Counted from the first letter of the whole stretch, positions 33,830 through 47,583 are shown. The stretch: 63,045 nucleotides of DNA, filler included, from Reclinomonas americana ATCC 50394 (GCA_048213135.1; 17 parts of 17 records of this genome joined end to end with filler, not necessarily neighbours in it); one strand, 5' to 3'. Notes: a model not told the origin generated them from the sequence alone. Made by a program: numbers and translations.

Positions 33830-36800
33830 TTACAACGTCCTCGTGGAGACATCCACAATGGCCGCCCGCCGCTCACTAAACAACCTCCACTGCTCCGTCG
33901 CAAAGAACCGATGCAGCGAGTCGCACGTCAGCGTGCGAATAATCGACACCGAGGCGCGATCAAATGGCGTCAACATCGGAACGTCGGTGTGGCCGAGCAC
34001 ACTCTCCATGCCTCCCAACTCCGTGGCGTCACCAGCACCGGCCGGACGCGGCAACTGCAGCTCCTCTGTCGACTCTGGCTCGCTGTACAGCTCGTGCAGA
34101 AACTCGGCCGCACTGGCCGGCAGATTCAACTCGAATTCGCCACCGTGCCGCACAAACGAGTTGTACAGGCGCCGTCCGTACTGCAGCACTCGCTCGCGCT
34201 CCACTGGGGAGTGCGGATCGCGCAGGTAGGCCTGGCAGTGCGCTCTGTACTTGGGCAGGGCGAGAATGTACTGCAGGTTCTGTGTGATGGGAGTGGAGTG
34301 AGTCTCCTGGGGAAGTAGAAAGGGTTATGTGCACACATACGTACTTCGACGCTGAACTGCACGCGAGAAGGGAGAGGGAGTGAGACGAGAAATGGAACAG
34401 AGAGGAGGATGGATAGAGCGACGCAACTTCACGCTCCAGATGTGCGGCGAATAATCTCACAGCCTCGTGACTCTCTGTGAGGCAAGTTAGCGATTTTGTA
34501 GGGCGGGAGCACTTCAAGCAATAGTCACTCACGAAGCACGTCGCCGAGACTGGCACCGAGGAGGAGCTCCTCCTGCATGCACAGACGTAGAGTCGCTTCA
34601 ACACATGCATCTTTCACGGCACATACACGCGGCCAACCAGGCAAGTACACTCTCACTCATTGCCTGTCTGCCTGCCACTGCCCATTCGATCCTCACTTCT
34701 CACACTGTCTCCCTTCTCTCTCTCTCTCTCTCTCTCTCTCACTGCATTCACTCATACATTCACTCCCACGCACACACATTCACTCACTCATGCAGTCCCT
34801 TGGTTACCTGTCTCCCATTGCCCCAGTCTTCTTTCTCTCTCTCCCTCTCGCTCTCTCACACACACGCACTCTTAGTGAAATGTCGCCCCAGCTCTTCTTT
34901 CACTCACGGTCAGTTGTCTCTCGCTCACTTTCTCTCTCCCACACACTTGTCGCACACAGTCGCACATTCACTCCCTCAGTTACTCGCTCACTCACTCACT
35001 TTCTCGCACTGCACTCAGGCACACACTTTCCCACTCAACCGCTTACTCACTCTCCCTCTCTCCCTTTTTTCCTCCCTCCCTTCCTCCGTCCCTCTTTCTA
35101 TCTCATCAACTCGCCCCCTATCCCCTCTCTTCCCCTCCTATCCCTTTCTTTATCTCCCCCTCACACACACCTTCACCGGCTCACTCGAAGAGACACGAAC
35201 AAAGCCAAAGCGGCGAGCACGCAGCTCCTTCCACGGCCACATCAACATCGGCAGGCAGTTGAGACCAGAAATGGTGAAAAACGTGAATGTGTACAGAACC
35301 AAGAACGCGACGGAGCTGAACAATAGGAGATGAGAGGTGGCGATGCAAGTGGACGCAGAGTGCTGCCACTGCAGCACGACGAAACTTGGCATTCAGAATG
35401 GAGAAATACAGACCAACCAGGAACGAGAGATAAGCGACGATCAAAATGCTGGTGAGCCACATGTACAGCTTGAATCCGAGCACTGCAGAGTGGGAGGAGA
35501 GCAGGCGGATCAGAAGAGAGAGAGAGAGAGTACTAGGCAAAGGGCATGCGTCAGCGCAGGGGAACAAGACACAATCAACAGTCAGTGAAATGAGGTAAGA
35601 CAAGCGAGAAATGCGAAACGGAAGACAATCGAGAGAAACAAGAATGGCAAGAAAAAGAGCGGAAGTAGCTGAGCAGTAACACGAATGGCACATGCCTGAA
35701 GAAAAGCAAGAGGAGCAACAGTTGAAGCAAAGTCAACGAGCTAAGGAGGGAGAGCGACAAAACAATGGACAGTGAAGTTCAAGCGCGAAGAAGAAACGAG
35801 GCAGACAAGGAAACAGGAAGAGACAAAGCATGAGACAGAGAGCTTAATTACGAGGACAACAATGCAGTGAATGAGAATCGATATAAACAAGCAAGAACCG
35901 ATGACAGAGACGGAAGAATGTACAGAGTCAAAGCAAAAGACAGAGAGCTGAAGAAAGAGAGCAAACAAGCGAGAGACCGCGAATTGATAATGCACACAAG
36001 AAACGAGAACGCAGAAAGCGTGCAACAGAGTGCTGTAGACGAGAGCGAGAGGATGACGGGACAGCGAACTATGCGGAAACAACCGAGAAACGAGGACGGG
36101 CAAGGAAGAAGACGCAGAAAGGATGGGAATGGACCTGTTCAAGTCACATCGACATGAGGGTGTACGACGAGAGCAAAGAGAAGGAAGGAAATGGAGACAC
36201 GAAGAATTGGGAAAAGAGCAGCGCCGAAAACAGGAAGCAAGAAGCGGAAGATGAGCCGCTCAGTCAGGAGTCGATGTACGAGAGCAGCACAGTCACGACA
36301 GCGAGAGAGAGAGAGCAAAAGCTACTGTCCTCTCAACATCAACAGTCTCTTGCTTCCCCTTTATCCCTCTCTTTCTCTCTACAATCAACCCACCATCATC
36401 CTTTCTCCACCTGCGAGCAGCGAACTCAATCAGCACACCAACCAGAAAGAGCAGAAGACAGTGACTGCACAACACCCCACGCAACACGAGAAACAGGAAT
36501 ACCGGCGAGCTGAGTGTGCACACAGAGTATGCACCCAGAAGTGTCAGACTGACGCCATCGACAACTCGCACACACACCGAGGGCACAAACATGAGCTGCG
36601 TGAATCGTGATCATGAGTGCACGGCGCCGTACACATTCTGAAGAGACAAACATACCGCCAGTGACACCACTGCGCCAATGCCACCGGCGCAAATAATCGT
36701 CCACGCCAGTCGCTGGTCGGAAAAGTAACGCAGCCATCGACTTGCCACCGTGTGTTGACTGCGCACCATCGACGAGCTGCTGATGGAATTTTCTCTGCTG

Positions 36801-37637
36801 CGTGGTGAGAGCGCCTCGGTGTCTGCGTGTCCGCCTCCAGCCACCTTACTGCTGATGATTTTGCACCGAGCTGCGACACACAGGATGAGTGAGCGATATG
36901 GAAGGAAAGTGAAAGAACAATATAAAGTCAAAAGAGTCAGCCACCGAGTAAGAGTGAAGCGAGGGTGAGAGTGAGAGACGGACACACACACACGGAGAGA
37001 CACAGACCGAATGTGCGCGTGCGTGCGTGCGAAAGAGAGAGAGAGAGAGCGAGTGAGGGAGAGGGAGAGAGAGAATCGAGTGACGCATACATACACACAC
37101 GGAGAGTGGAAAAGGAGTCAGTGACCGAGTGACAGAGAGTGAGAGAGATGCATTCACTCGAAACTATAAAGGGTGAAGAAACGGCGAGACTAACAGAAGC
37201 ATACACACAGACACGCGCAGAGAGAGAGAAAGAGATCAACCTTGTGAAAGCAAACAAAGATAGCGAGAGATAGAGAGACACATACTCCGAGAAAACACAG
37301 AGGGGAGAGTGAACGACAGAGATACTGATGGACAGAAACACACGTATTCATGAATAGAATGCGAGTACACACCCTCAGCTGCCTTGAACATGGCGACGTA
37401 GCGGAGGTTCTGCGCGGTCGGACAGAAGAGGATAGGCGGAAACGCGCAACAAACGAGCCACAATGCCACGTCCTGCAATGATGCGGCAGTTCAGACAGTG
37501 TGCTCCTCGTCGCGGGGGAGCGAGAGAGTGCAAGGTGCACGCAACACACGGTGGCACTGCGTCGACGGTGAGCTCGATGAGGATGCTGAATGAGATGATC
37601 AGAAGCGCGGCATTGCCGGTGAACATCACGGCCGTTA
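33830..37637 (-). CDS. Multi-transmembrane protein with a C-terminal RGS domain (7TM-RGS-like), long introns, 5' end uncertain
   Basis: RGS motifs LFAAHLERE|FSVE|NLQY...LYNSFVRHGGEFELNL...FDRASVSIIRTLTCDSLHRF. Hydrophobic upstream exons at about 35200-35490, 36620-36870, 37375-37475 and 37545-37637. Confidence 0.8.
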
Positions 37638-39497
37638 ACCTGACGCCGACGAGCTGCGGGGGGAGGGAGATTGAGGGGAGGGGGGAGGGAGTAACAAAGA
37701 AGGTGAGACACGACAGGGGAGAAAGAACGGGGGAGGAGGAAAAACAGCAAGATAGGAAAGAACGAGTGCAAGCAACTGATGAGAGGCTGAAGGGAAGCAA
37801 GACAACGAATAACACATTGAGACGCAGAACGCACGAGAAAAAGTGCGAGCGTGAGAGAGAGGGGGGTGGGAGGAAGAAAGGAGACAACTGGAGGGTGGAT
37901 TGCGAGTGAATGCATGCAAGGGATCGGAAGGAGCGAAGAGAGGACAGACAGGAGGTGGATGAGAAGGTGAAGGATGATGGCAGCAGGGAGCAAGAAAGAG
38001 AGAGTAGAGAGAAGAGTGTGAGAGACATGACCGAAAATGAAACAGGAGAAGGCAACAGCGAGCAAAGAGATAGGAGGTGGATGTGAGGATCAAGGATGAG
38101 GGAAGGAGGGAGCAAGAAAGGAAACAAGAGAGAGAGAAGAGTGCGGGAGAAGAAATAGTCTGGAGGGTGAGAGGAAATGGCTGCAACACCAACACGCGGA
38201 GAGAGAGAGAGAGAGAGATAGGGAGAGAGAGAGAGGAGGAGTGAGAGTAGAAGAGAAGGAGAGAGACGAGAGAAGGTCGGACTAGTTNNNNNNNNNNNNN
38301 NNNNNNNNNNNNNNNNNNNNNNNNNNNNNNNTTAATTAATTAANNNNNNNNNNNNNNNNNNNNNNNNNNNNNNNNNNNNNNNNNNNNGACAACTGGTGCG
38401 CAGAGACACTCGCAAGTGAGAAGGACGCAATGTGCGCTGTGTGTGCGCGTCTCACACTCCGCAGCATGCGGTGCACGCCTGTGAGAGTCTGTCTGCATGA
38501 GTGAGGCGGTGGGTGAGTGTGGTGGTGGGGTGCGGGGCACTTTGGTGGTGTGTGAGCGACATGGCTGGTATGCACAAGTGAGGGCGGGAAAAAAGTGGCC
38601 AAAGTGAAGTGGATGTTGCAGGAAGCCGCAAAACGCCTAAGTCCTTCACTGACGCCGGGTTTGGCGCAACCCGCAGGCTGTCAGCCGCCGGGTTGTAACC
38701 CGGCGAACCGGACACTAGCAGGTCAAGGTTGACCAGAAACCGTTACTGCTCTCTGCTTCAAAGGCATGGCAAAAAAAGCGTGGTATATGGCGCGACGTCC
38801 AATATTTCCGAAATGGGAAACAAACTGCCGCGCATGCAGCTGGTTGCTCCTTTGATTTGTTCATCGCGAACAGAGGGCTTGTGCGCGCATTTGCCATGTC
38901 GCAGCCGCAGTGAAGAACCTGATTTTATTTCACATGTGTCGAGGCGACGTCGACGTCTTCCAGGCAGCGCACTAAGAAGAAGGATTCAACAGCTAGCCAC
39001 CAAGCAGAACGTAGCAGCTGCTTCGTGCACCAAGTCACCGCACCCAAAACCTCAACGCAATCGCCAGTCCGGCTCGTTTTCTTCGCGTGTTCGAATTCGG
39101 TTCCGCAACTTCGAGAGGCAGAGATCGAGAGGCAGAAAGGCAATTGTGTGTTTGCATATTGTTGACGTCATATTGTTGGCGTGCCAAGGGCATTGCCAAT
39201 AAGAGATCTGTGGGCATTTGTCGCATTTGGAATGCGGCAAGGATCGACGTCGTGAAGTGTTTTGTTTTTCCAGTACTTCGAGAGGCAGAGATTGAGAGGC
39301 AGAAGAACAGCTATATGCCACTGCCACCGTGTACACCCAGAGATGAGTTGTGCACTCGAGCTCCTTCCAGAAACACCAAGACGATCTCGTCCTCTCTTGT
39401 CCTCTCACGCTGAAAGCCAAACTGGGCTCCTCACGCGCTTCTCACGTCTCTCGGGCCTCCTGTCTTTCAGTCTCCCTTCCCTTTACCTCCCTCCACC

Positions 39498-41821
39498 ATG
39501 GCCGAGGGCGGAGACGTGGCGCTGGGGAAAAGCTTCTCCGGACAACAGTCTCCCGCACGACGCGGCATCCTCCGTCGCCCCTCTCCTCCTCCACCTCCTC
39601 CACCTCCACCACAGCCTGAGCAGCAACAGAGTGACACAGCACGCGCTCTGGAAGCTCAAGTCCGCGCAGTGGTGCAAGAGAAGAGCATGGTGAGAGGACT
39701 GACGTGGCATATGCGCATCTCTCTCACACACGCACACACTGTGTGTGTCAACTATACACACTCGCACTCTCACTGATCGCTGGTCACACGCGCTCTCCTC
39801 TAAGTGTGTGGTGCCAGATTGGTGTTGGTGATGTGCATGTGCACATGCACAACACACACTCACTCTCTCTCTCTCTCTGTCTCTCTTTCCCACTCTCTCT
39901 CCTCCTCCCTCTCCCTCCTCTCTCTCTCTCTCTCACTCTCCTCTGTCGCGACTCACTCGTTTACCTCGCGCAGGGCCGACCATGCGGCGAGTACGACTCA
40001 CTAGTGGAGCTTCTGCGCAAGAGTGGGAGCCTCGACACGCGCTTTGTGTATGACTTGTACTCGGCATTGTCACGCTGTGTGGCGATTCTGACTCCGGATC
40101 GCGTGGGCGACTTGCTGCACGCCTCACTGTCGTTGGATTGGGTCGATTTGGTGTCTCATGGAGGCTCGGTGAACTCCACCAATGGCGAGCTGTGGATTGC
40201 GGAACCGTTTGGGCGCTTGTGCATTGGGTTGACGGTGTCGTCGCATGGGCCACTGCTGTTCCCGGCCGTGCTCCGCGCAGTGTGCTCGCTGTTTACGGTG
40301 CATCCGGAGGCTGCGCTGGCCGAGGCGGTGCAGGCGTCGCCTGCGGCGTTGAATCAGCTGGTGGCGTCGGGAACCTCCTCGTCGTCGTCGGCGGCGTCGC
40401 CGGCGAGAGGATCGTCGTCGCTGTTGGTGCAGTCGACGTCGACGGATGCGTTGATGGCGCTCTCGGCACATCAGCGCTACTGTGAGTGGAGTCATGCGCT
40501 GGTGCAGCGCGTGATGGCCATTGCGCCGAGTGCGAGGGATAAGATGTTGGATGTGGTGGCGGAGATGTTGCGTGGAAGGGGGAAGGGTAGAAAAGGGGAA
40601 GGGGAGGGGAGACAAGTGCGTGGGTTGTGTCGGTCAGCCAGAGCCGTCGTCTCTTGCTTCTCTCTTTGCTGTGTTTGGTCTTGCATATCGCGCGGGTGCG
40701 TGATCCATTACTTCTGTACAATCGGCTGTGTGTTGCTTACCAGTCGCTGGTTGTGTTCTCTATTCGGTTAAGTCAGTTTTCTTGGACTTGTGATGCTTGT
40801 CAGGCCATGGCGTCGTTTTTATTGTCTCTCTGTCTCACTCTTGTTCTTCATGCTTCTGTGATTTGGACTGCGTTGGTTCTTTGGAGAAGCGTCGTCCTCT
40901 CACTGTTTCGGTCGAGATTCAGCTGTGTGTTGCTTATCTGGGGGACGCGTCATCCGTTCTCTCTCTCTCTCTCGGTGACGAATGTGGTCTCATGAAACTG
41001 GGGGACGCGTCATCGTTCTCTTCTCTCTATCGGTGGCAATTGTGCTCTGTTGGATGAGTGTTGCTCAGGCTGTGGCTTCATCCATATTCTCTCCCTTTCT
41101 CTCTCTCTCTCTCTCTCGATCAGTGACGACTCTGTTCTGTCAGATGTGATGCTTATGGCGCTGGCTTTGTCCTTATTCTCTCTCCCACTCGTTGATGATT
41201 CTGCTTGATTCACTGTGTCTGAACGCAAGTCGTACTTGTTCAACCTCGTATTCTTTGGGGTTGATCACGAGATGATCAGTTGGTGTGTCTGTTTCTCGCT
41301 AATCCCGTGATCCTCAATCGTGCGCGCGCGCTCTCTCTCTCTCGCTTGTCGTTTGTATGAGAATTTGTCTTACTGCGTACCCTGTGGCGTCGTCCTTCCA
41401 TCTCTCTCGTCACTCAGTGGTCGTCGCTTCTGCACGATAACGTAGAGGAACTGTCTCGCGCTTTCAGTTCGGCAGGTGCTTTCTATTGTCGCCGTTTCAC
41501 TCTTCATCTCTCCCTCTGTCTTCGTCTCTCTCTCTCTCTATCCTTGTGTCTCCGTGTTTCTTTCTTTTTCTTCTCCGTCTCTCTCTCTCTCCGTCTCTCT
41601 CTCTCTCCGTCTNNNNNNNNNNNNNNNNNNNNNNNNNNNNNNNNNNNNNNNNNNNNTTAATTAATTAANNNNNNNNNNNNNNNNNNNNNNNNNNNNNNNN
41701 NNNNNNNNNNNNAGAGAGAGAGAGAGAGGAAAGGAAGGAAGAGAGAGAGAGAGCGGAGAGTGATGAGAGAGAGGAAAGTGAGTGAGAGTGAGGAAAGGAA
41801 GGGAAAAGAGACATGCAGGAA

Positions 41822-41858
<37 letters not shown>

Positions 41859-44428
41859 CACGAGACTGTGCCAATCGACTACGTTGCTCTCGTGATCGAG
41901 AGAAAAGAGAGTTTGAGAGAATAAGTCGGATCCTTTTGTCTGATCTGCATTCGAGAGAGAAAGACAGATCCGCTGAGCCAGACTGTATCTCACACACACA
42001 AGTCGATCATTGTCAGATCAACATTTGAGAGAGAAAGACAGATCCGCTGAGCCAGACTGTATCTCACACACACAAGTCGGATCATTGTAAGATCAGCATT
42101 CGAGAGAGAAAGACATCCGCCGAGCCAGACTCTATTTCTCGCACTCTCTCTCTCTCTCTCTCACTCTCACTCTCTCACACACACTCTACCAGAGGTAGTC
42201 TTCTACGTTAGCACACTTTGTCCTTGTCTTCCACTTCTTCACTGCAAATGTCTCTCTCCTTGCTCCACTTCTCACCGCCCTTGCTGCCTTCCCACACATT
42301 CTCCTCTTCGTCCTCTACCCTTCCGCCTCGCCTATCCGTTTTCGACCCTTCGCCTGCTCTCCTCCCTTCCCTTTCTTACCCCTTCCCCCGTGTAGCGTCC
42401 AGCTCCACCGCGCACACCCCACCCGACCTGGACGCCATCTTCCAAGGCCTGCTGGACGTATTCCGCCGCAGCATCATCTCCACCCACCGCTCCAAGTTCA
42501 CCCAGTTCGCCCTCTTCTACGTGTGCTCCTTCAAGCAGCTGTACACGGATGCCTTCCTCGGGTACCTGATTGACCTGTTCCGGGACACCTCGAATCACGC
42601 CACCTTCCGGCAGGTCTGTGAATTTCACACACTCACTCTCTCCTTGCACCTACGTTGTCTCACCACCCTTTTCTCCACAGACATGCCTGGCGTACCTCAG
42701 CAGCTTTGTCGCGCGCTCGCAATTCATCACCGACAACCTCACGCGCCTCGTGTGCTCCCTGTTGGCGCATGACATTCGCGAGTACATTCAGCAGCACGAT
42801 CATTCGGTGAGCATGCAATCTCTCGTGTTCCTTCCCGTGCTGTTCCTTCCTCTCCTGTTCAATCCTCTCCTGGTCCTTCCGCTCCTGTTCCTTCCTCCCC
42901 TGTTCCTTCGCTCTCCTGCTCCCTCCTTTGCTCTTCCATCCTCTCCTCCTCCTTCCTTTCTCTTCCATCCTTTTCTGTTTATTCATTTCCTTCCTCTCCT
43001 ATTCCATCCTCTCCTATTCCATCCTCTCGTGGTCTTCACTTATCTGTTCCTTCCTGTGCTGTTCCTTCTTTTTCCTGTTTGTTCCTGCTTCGCGCTCTCC
43101 TTATCCTTCCTCTCCTGTTCCACCCTCTCCTCTCTCTCATCTCTTTCCACTCACACTACTGGCGGCACAGGTCATGTACCCCGACGCACAAGCGCACGGT
43201 GTATTCTACTGGCTCTGCCAGGCCCTGTTCTACATTATCTGCTTCAAGCACCGGCGACTGGTCGAGGCGGGCACCGACATGCTGCTCTTCGAGGACCTCA
43301 GATTACAGGCCACGATTGACTGCAAACTGAATCCGCTGAAAGTTGCGTCTCCTCCCCCTTCTCCCTGTCACACAAAGCAGCCCCGAGACTCATTTGTTCT
43401 CCACAATAACAGATGATTCCGTCAACGATTGCCAACGAATTCGCTCGAGTGACGCAGAGATACGGGTGGTGCGATTGCTCATCGCGTCTGGCGGCCAATC
43501 GGTGCGTCTTGTTGTCACTCGACCCCTTCTTTAATCTTTCCCTCCACTCATTTTTTTGTACGCGCACAGGACGGTGTATGTGCCGCCAACCAGCGAATCG
43601 GGCCAGCGCAATGTGCTGGACTCGTTCTTCCCCTTTGATCCGTACCTGTTGGTGCATTCAAGTGTGTACATTAGACCGATATACCAGGACTGGGAGGTGT
43701 TTGAGGACATGTTCGAGACCATGGCGACGCTCGTTGCGTACACACTTTCATGGCGTTGTTTGCCTCTCCTGCCTTCTCCCTTGCGTCCCCCCTTGTGTCG
43801 TCCTTCTTCCACGTTCCGTCCTCTTACACGTTCTTGTCTTCTTTCCGCATTCTCTCTTCCCCTCTTTTGTCTCCCATTTCCGTCTTCCCCCTTCGTCTTC
43901 CCCCCTGCGTCTCCCCCCTTCGTCTTCCCCCCTGCGTCTCCCCCTTGCGTCTTCCCGTCCTCTCTCACTCGTTCTTGTCTTCTTTCCGCATTCTCTCTTC
44001 TCTCTTCCACTCCCATTTCCGTCGTCTTCCCCCTTCATCTTCCCCCTTCATCTTCCCCCTTCCTCTTTCCTCTCCTCCCTTCATCTTCCCCGTTCATCTT
44101 CCCCCTTTGGTCTTCCCCCATTGGTCTTCCCCTTTTGGCTTTCCTCCTTTGGTCTTCCCCCTCCTCCTTCCCCCTTGCTCTTCCCCCTTCATCTTCCCCC
44201 TTCATCTTTCCCCTTCATCTTCCCCCTTCACCTTCTCCCTTTCCCCCCTTCCCCCTTCACCCCCCTTCCCCCTACTTCTCCCCCTTCCGCTCACTTCCCT
44301 TTTCCCCCGCTACAGGAGGAGGGCGCCGACGAGCTGGCCGAATACGTGACCTCGCCTGTGCACTACGAAGCCGCCCAGCAATCCCGCGACGACCACCACG
44401 TACTGTACAGACCATCGGTGGGCCACTC
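39498..44428 (+). CDS. RRN3: RNA polymerase I initiation factor RRN3/TIF-IA, spans a gap, 3' end in gap
   Basis: IISTHRSKFTQFALFYVCS, RQTCLAYLSSFVARSQFI, HGVFYWLCQALFYIICFKH, LNPLK, LDSFFPFDPYLL...IRPIYQDW. Confidence 0.95.
41923..42140. repeat. Intronic minisatellite, about 75-bp unit x3
   Basis: Repeated gagagagaaagacagatccgctgagccagactgtatctcacacacacaagtcg(g)atcattgt. Confidence 0.85.
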
Positions 44429-45561
44429 NNNNNNNNNNNNNNNNNNNNNNNNNNNNNNNNNNNNNNNNNNNNTTAATTAATTAANNNNNNNNNNNNNNNN
44501 NNNNNNNNNNNNNNNNNNNNNNNNNNNNGAGAGAGAGAGAGAGAGACTGCAAGGGGAAAGAGACCGGAGAGACAGCGCGGGGAATGCATGCATAATTGAT
44601 GGAGTTGTCTTTGCATTCTTGCTGTTGTTGGTGTTGATCTTGCTGTTCTCCTCTTCCATTCTTCTTCGCTCCCTCGCTGTTGTTATTGTTGTTCTTCTTC
44701 ATCTGTTCTTGTTCTTCTTCCTCTTCACCTTCTCCTCTTCCTGCTCATCCTCCCTCCTCGTCCTCATCCTTCTTCTTCGTTTCATTGTCGTCGTTCTTGT
44801 TGTTTCACTGGCCTCCTCTTCCTCTTTTCTTCTCTTTGTTCTGCTTATTCTTCGTCCCCTCGTTGCTGTTCTTCTTCATCTTCGCTCTGTTTTTCTTCTT
44901 CTTCTCTTCTTCCTGTCTGTGTTTCCCTCCTCCGCTTTTGCAAATCGCTATTGTTGTTGTTGTTGTTGTTATTGTTGTCGTCGTCTTTTCTTCCACGTCA
45001 TCTCATTCTGCTTCTTGTTCTTCTTCTTCTTCTCCTTCCCCGTCGTCTCCATCATCATCATCATCGTCTTCTTGTCGTCCCCTCTCCTCCTGCTCCTCCT
45101 CCTTGTTCTTTTGACACTCTCTGCCACTCCTCCTCTCTCTCCTCTTAGTTCTCCTCTCTCACTGTCCATTTCCTCCTCCTTCTTCTTCTGCTGCTGCTCC
45201 TTCTGCTTCTGCTTGCTTCTTCTTTCATTTCTCTGCTTGTCGTCCCCTCTCCTTCTCCTCTCCTCTCTTTTGTTTTCCTTGTTCTGCAGACACTCTGACA
45301 CCTTCCTCCTCTCTCTATCTCTTCTCTTCTTTCTCCCCTCTCCTCTCCTCGTTCTCCTTCTTCTTCTGCCGTTTCTGCTTCTGCTATGATTTCTTCATTT
45401 TCTGCTTGCCTTCCCTCTCCTTCTCCTCTCCACTCTTCTGTCTTCCTTATTCTTCGGAAACTCTCTTCTCCACTCTCCTCTTCTTTCTCCCTCTCTCGCC
45501 TTCTCCTGTCCACCTCCCTCTCCCACACCTTGCCCCTCTCACCCCCCTTCCCCTATCTAAG

Positions 45562-46603
45562 GTCATTGTCCACCTCGCGGCACACACCAACACCAAGACC
45601 GCCGAGGAAGACCCCGACCGCTGCATGCTGGCCAACGAGGCTGGCACTCGCAACCTCGTGCAGTGCCTCGACAGTCACACCAAGTTTCGCGCCTCTCAGT
45701 CTCTCCCTCGCCTCTTCTTTCTCCCCTCTCCATGTCCATCTCCTTCTTCTTCTTTGCTTCTCCTCCTCCTCCTCCTCCTCCTCCTCTTTTCCTCTACTTT
45801 CTCCCTCTCGCCTTCTCCTGTCCACCTCCTTCACCTCCTTTTCCCTCTCTCACCCCACATCAGGTTCATCCTGTTCTCCACCGACTGGGTGTACCGCGGT
45901 GAGGCCTCGCGTGAGGAGCCGTACTTGGAGACGGATGCCACCGAGGCGGAGACTGTGTACGGGCGCTCAAAAGTGGCCGCCGAGCGAGTAGTGCTGGAGG
46001 CGGCGGCGGAGCGAGGCTTCCCGTATGTGATTCTGCGCAGTGCGCTCATCTTTGGTCCACCGGCGGTGTACAGCGGGCAGACGAGTTTCTTTGAGTGGTT
46101 CAACGTGGCGCTGGCCAACGGCAAGACCGTGCAACTGTTCATCGACGAGATCCGCAGTCCGGTGTATGTGCGCGACATTGCGGGCATTGTGATCGCACTG
46201 CTGCACGACGATGCGCACTGGAACCAGGTGTACAACATGGGATATCCTTGCTTGCACGTTGTCTTCTTCGTGTTCTCGTCGTTTACGTTGCGCACTTCCT
46301 TGACTGCGTGAGAGAAATCGCACAGGGCGGGATCTGATCTCGCGTTTTGAATTTGGTCGCCGGCTGGCACTCTCGCGTGGCTACAATTTGGATCTGCTGG
46401 TGCCATCCAAGGCCAGCGATGGTACGTTGCCGCGTGCTGTGCTCCTCCCCCTGGTGGTGGCGAATCATTCACACGCGCACTGCGCAGTATTCAAGGACGG
46501 CAATCGACCGTCCAAACTGGGCATGAATATCGACAAGCTGCTGGCTATCTATCCCAATCTGCGCACCGTGGACGAGGCTCTCGCCGACATGGACGCCAAG
46601 TGA
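45562..46603 (+). CDS. RmlD/MAT2B-like extended SDR (dTDP-4-dehydrorhamnose reductase family), 5' end not seen
   Basis: VIVHLAA..., FSTDWVYRG, catalytic YGRSK, LFIDEIRSPVYVRDIA, YNMGGRDLISRFEFG. Confidence 0.9.
46242..46323 (+). other. U12-type AT-AC intron (82 nt)
   Basis: 5' ATATCCTTG, branch site TTCCTTGAC (46296-46304), 3' AC. Removal restores in-frame YNMG-GRDLISR. Confidence 0.9.
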
Positions 46604-46698
46604 CACTCAGATGTATACTGGATAGAACGAGAGAGACAGAGGAAAACAGCCAGTGGAGAGTGTTAAAGGGGAGATAAAATAGTGGAGGTCTACACGGC

Positions 46699-47583
46699 TC
46701 ACGCCTCGTCATCGTCGTCGCCGCTGCATTCGGCCGATCCCGCAGCAGCACTGCCGCTTCCTGCACCGGCAGGCAGATCCAGAAACGTCATTTTGGCAGG
46801 CGGCACACGCAGCTGCTGAATCACCGACGCCTCATCCTCCTCGTTCGTCACTCGGTACACTGCGAGCGCAGCGAGGGTCAGTGAATGGGGGGAAACGGGG
46901 TGAAAGTGGATAAAGCGCGTACGCACCCACGGAAAAGCCCTCGGCCACTGTCGGCGCCACAAACTGACGGACGAAGCGCTGCATCGTCTGGACCGACTCC
47001 TCGGTGGGCGGCAGGGTCGGATGGTTCTCTCGCGTCCTTACACGCTCCTCGCACACCGCCTGCGCACGCACACACATTCTGTCAGCTGACACAGACTGCA
47101 AAGAGAGGAGCGTGATTACACACACCACTGGCGTGTCGAGGTGCACAGCGACAACATCGTCGGCCTTGTAATCGCGGGCCAGAGTCACCCACGTCGCCCG
47201 CTGTGCCACATCAAAGTTGACACGATCGACCACAACCGAGCGGTCCTTGGCCAACGCCTGCTTCATGTTTGCCTGCACACAAGAGATGAGATCACGAATC
47301 CAACAAACAGAGCACGCACTCAAAAAAATGCGCCTCACCTCGACCGCACCACGCGAGCCCATGTCGTCCTGGTTCACACTGCACGGGAGAGACATAGTCA
47401 GTCGCTGCACAACCTCGACCAATCATCTTCACAACCCGCTCACCGCACGAGGTTCGGAATCTTGTTGACCAGCAGACGACTAAAGTACGACTTGCCGGAG
47501 CCAGGCAGACCGCAGACCACAATCACGCGCAGCGGGTGCGCGTGCGGGCGTGTCGGCACCTGCACCTTGACGTTGCGGTCGAG
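46699..47583 (-). CDS. P-loop polynucleotide kinase-like domain (AAA_33); probable C-terminus of the gene starting at 50520
   Basis: VIVVCGLPGSGKS, VNQDDMGSR, VVVDRVNFDVAQRATWV, VCEERVRTRENHPTL, PTVAEGF. The first exon starts at a splice acceptor with no ATG. Confidence 0.88.

Noticed and set aside
34577..38286. Long Leu/Ser/Phe-rich ORFs resembling membrane proteins (also 42810-45540)
   Set aside because: Translations of purine/pyrimidine-skewed microsatellite-like introns, with no conserved motifs.
46241..46326. Possible GA-AG non-canonical intron in the RmlD-like gene
   Set aside because: The AT-AC reading fits the U12 donor and branch consensus and restores the conserved NMGG.
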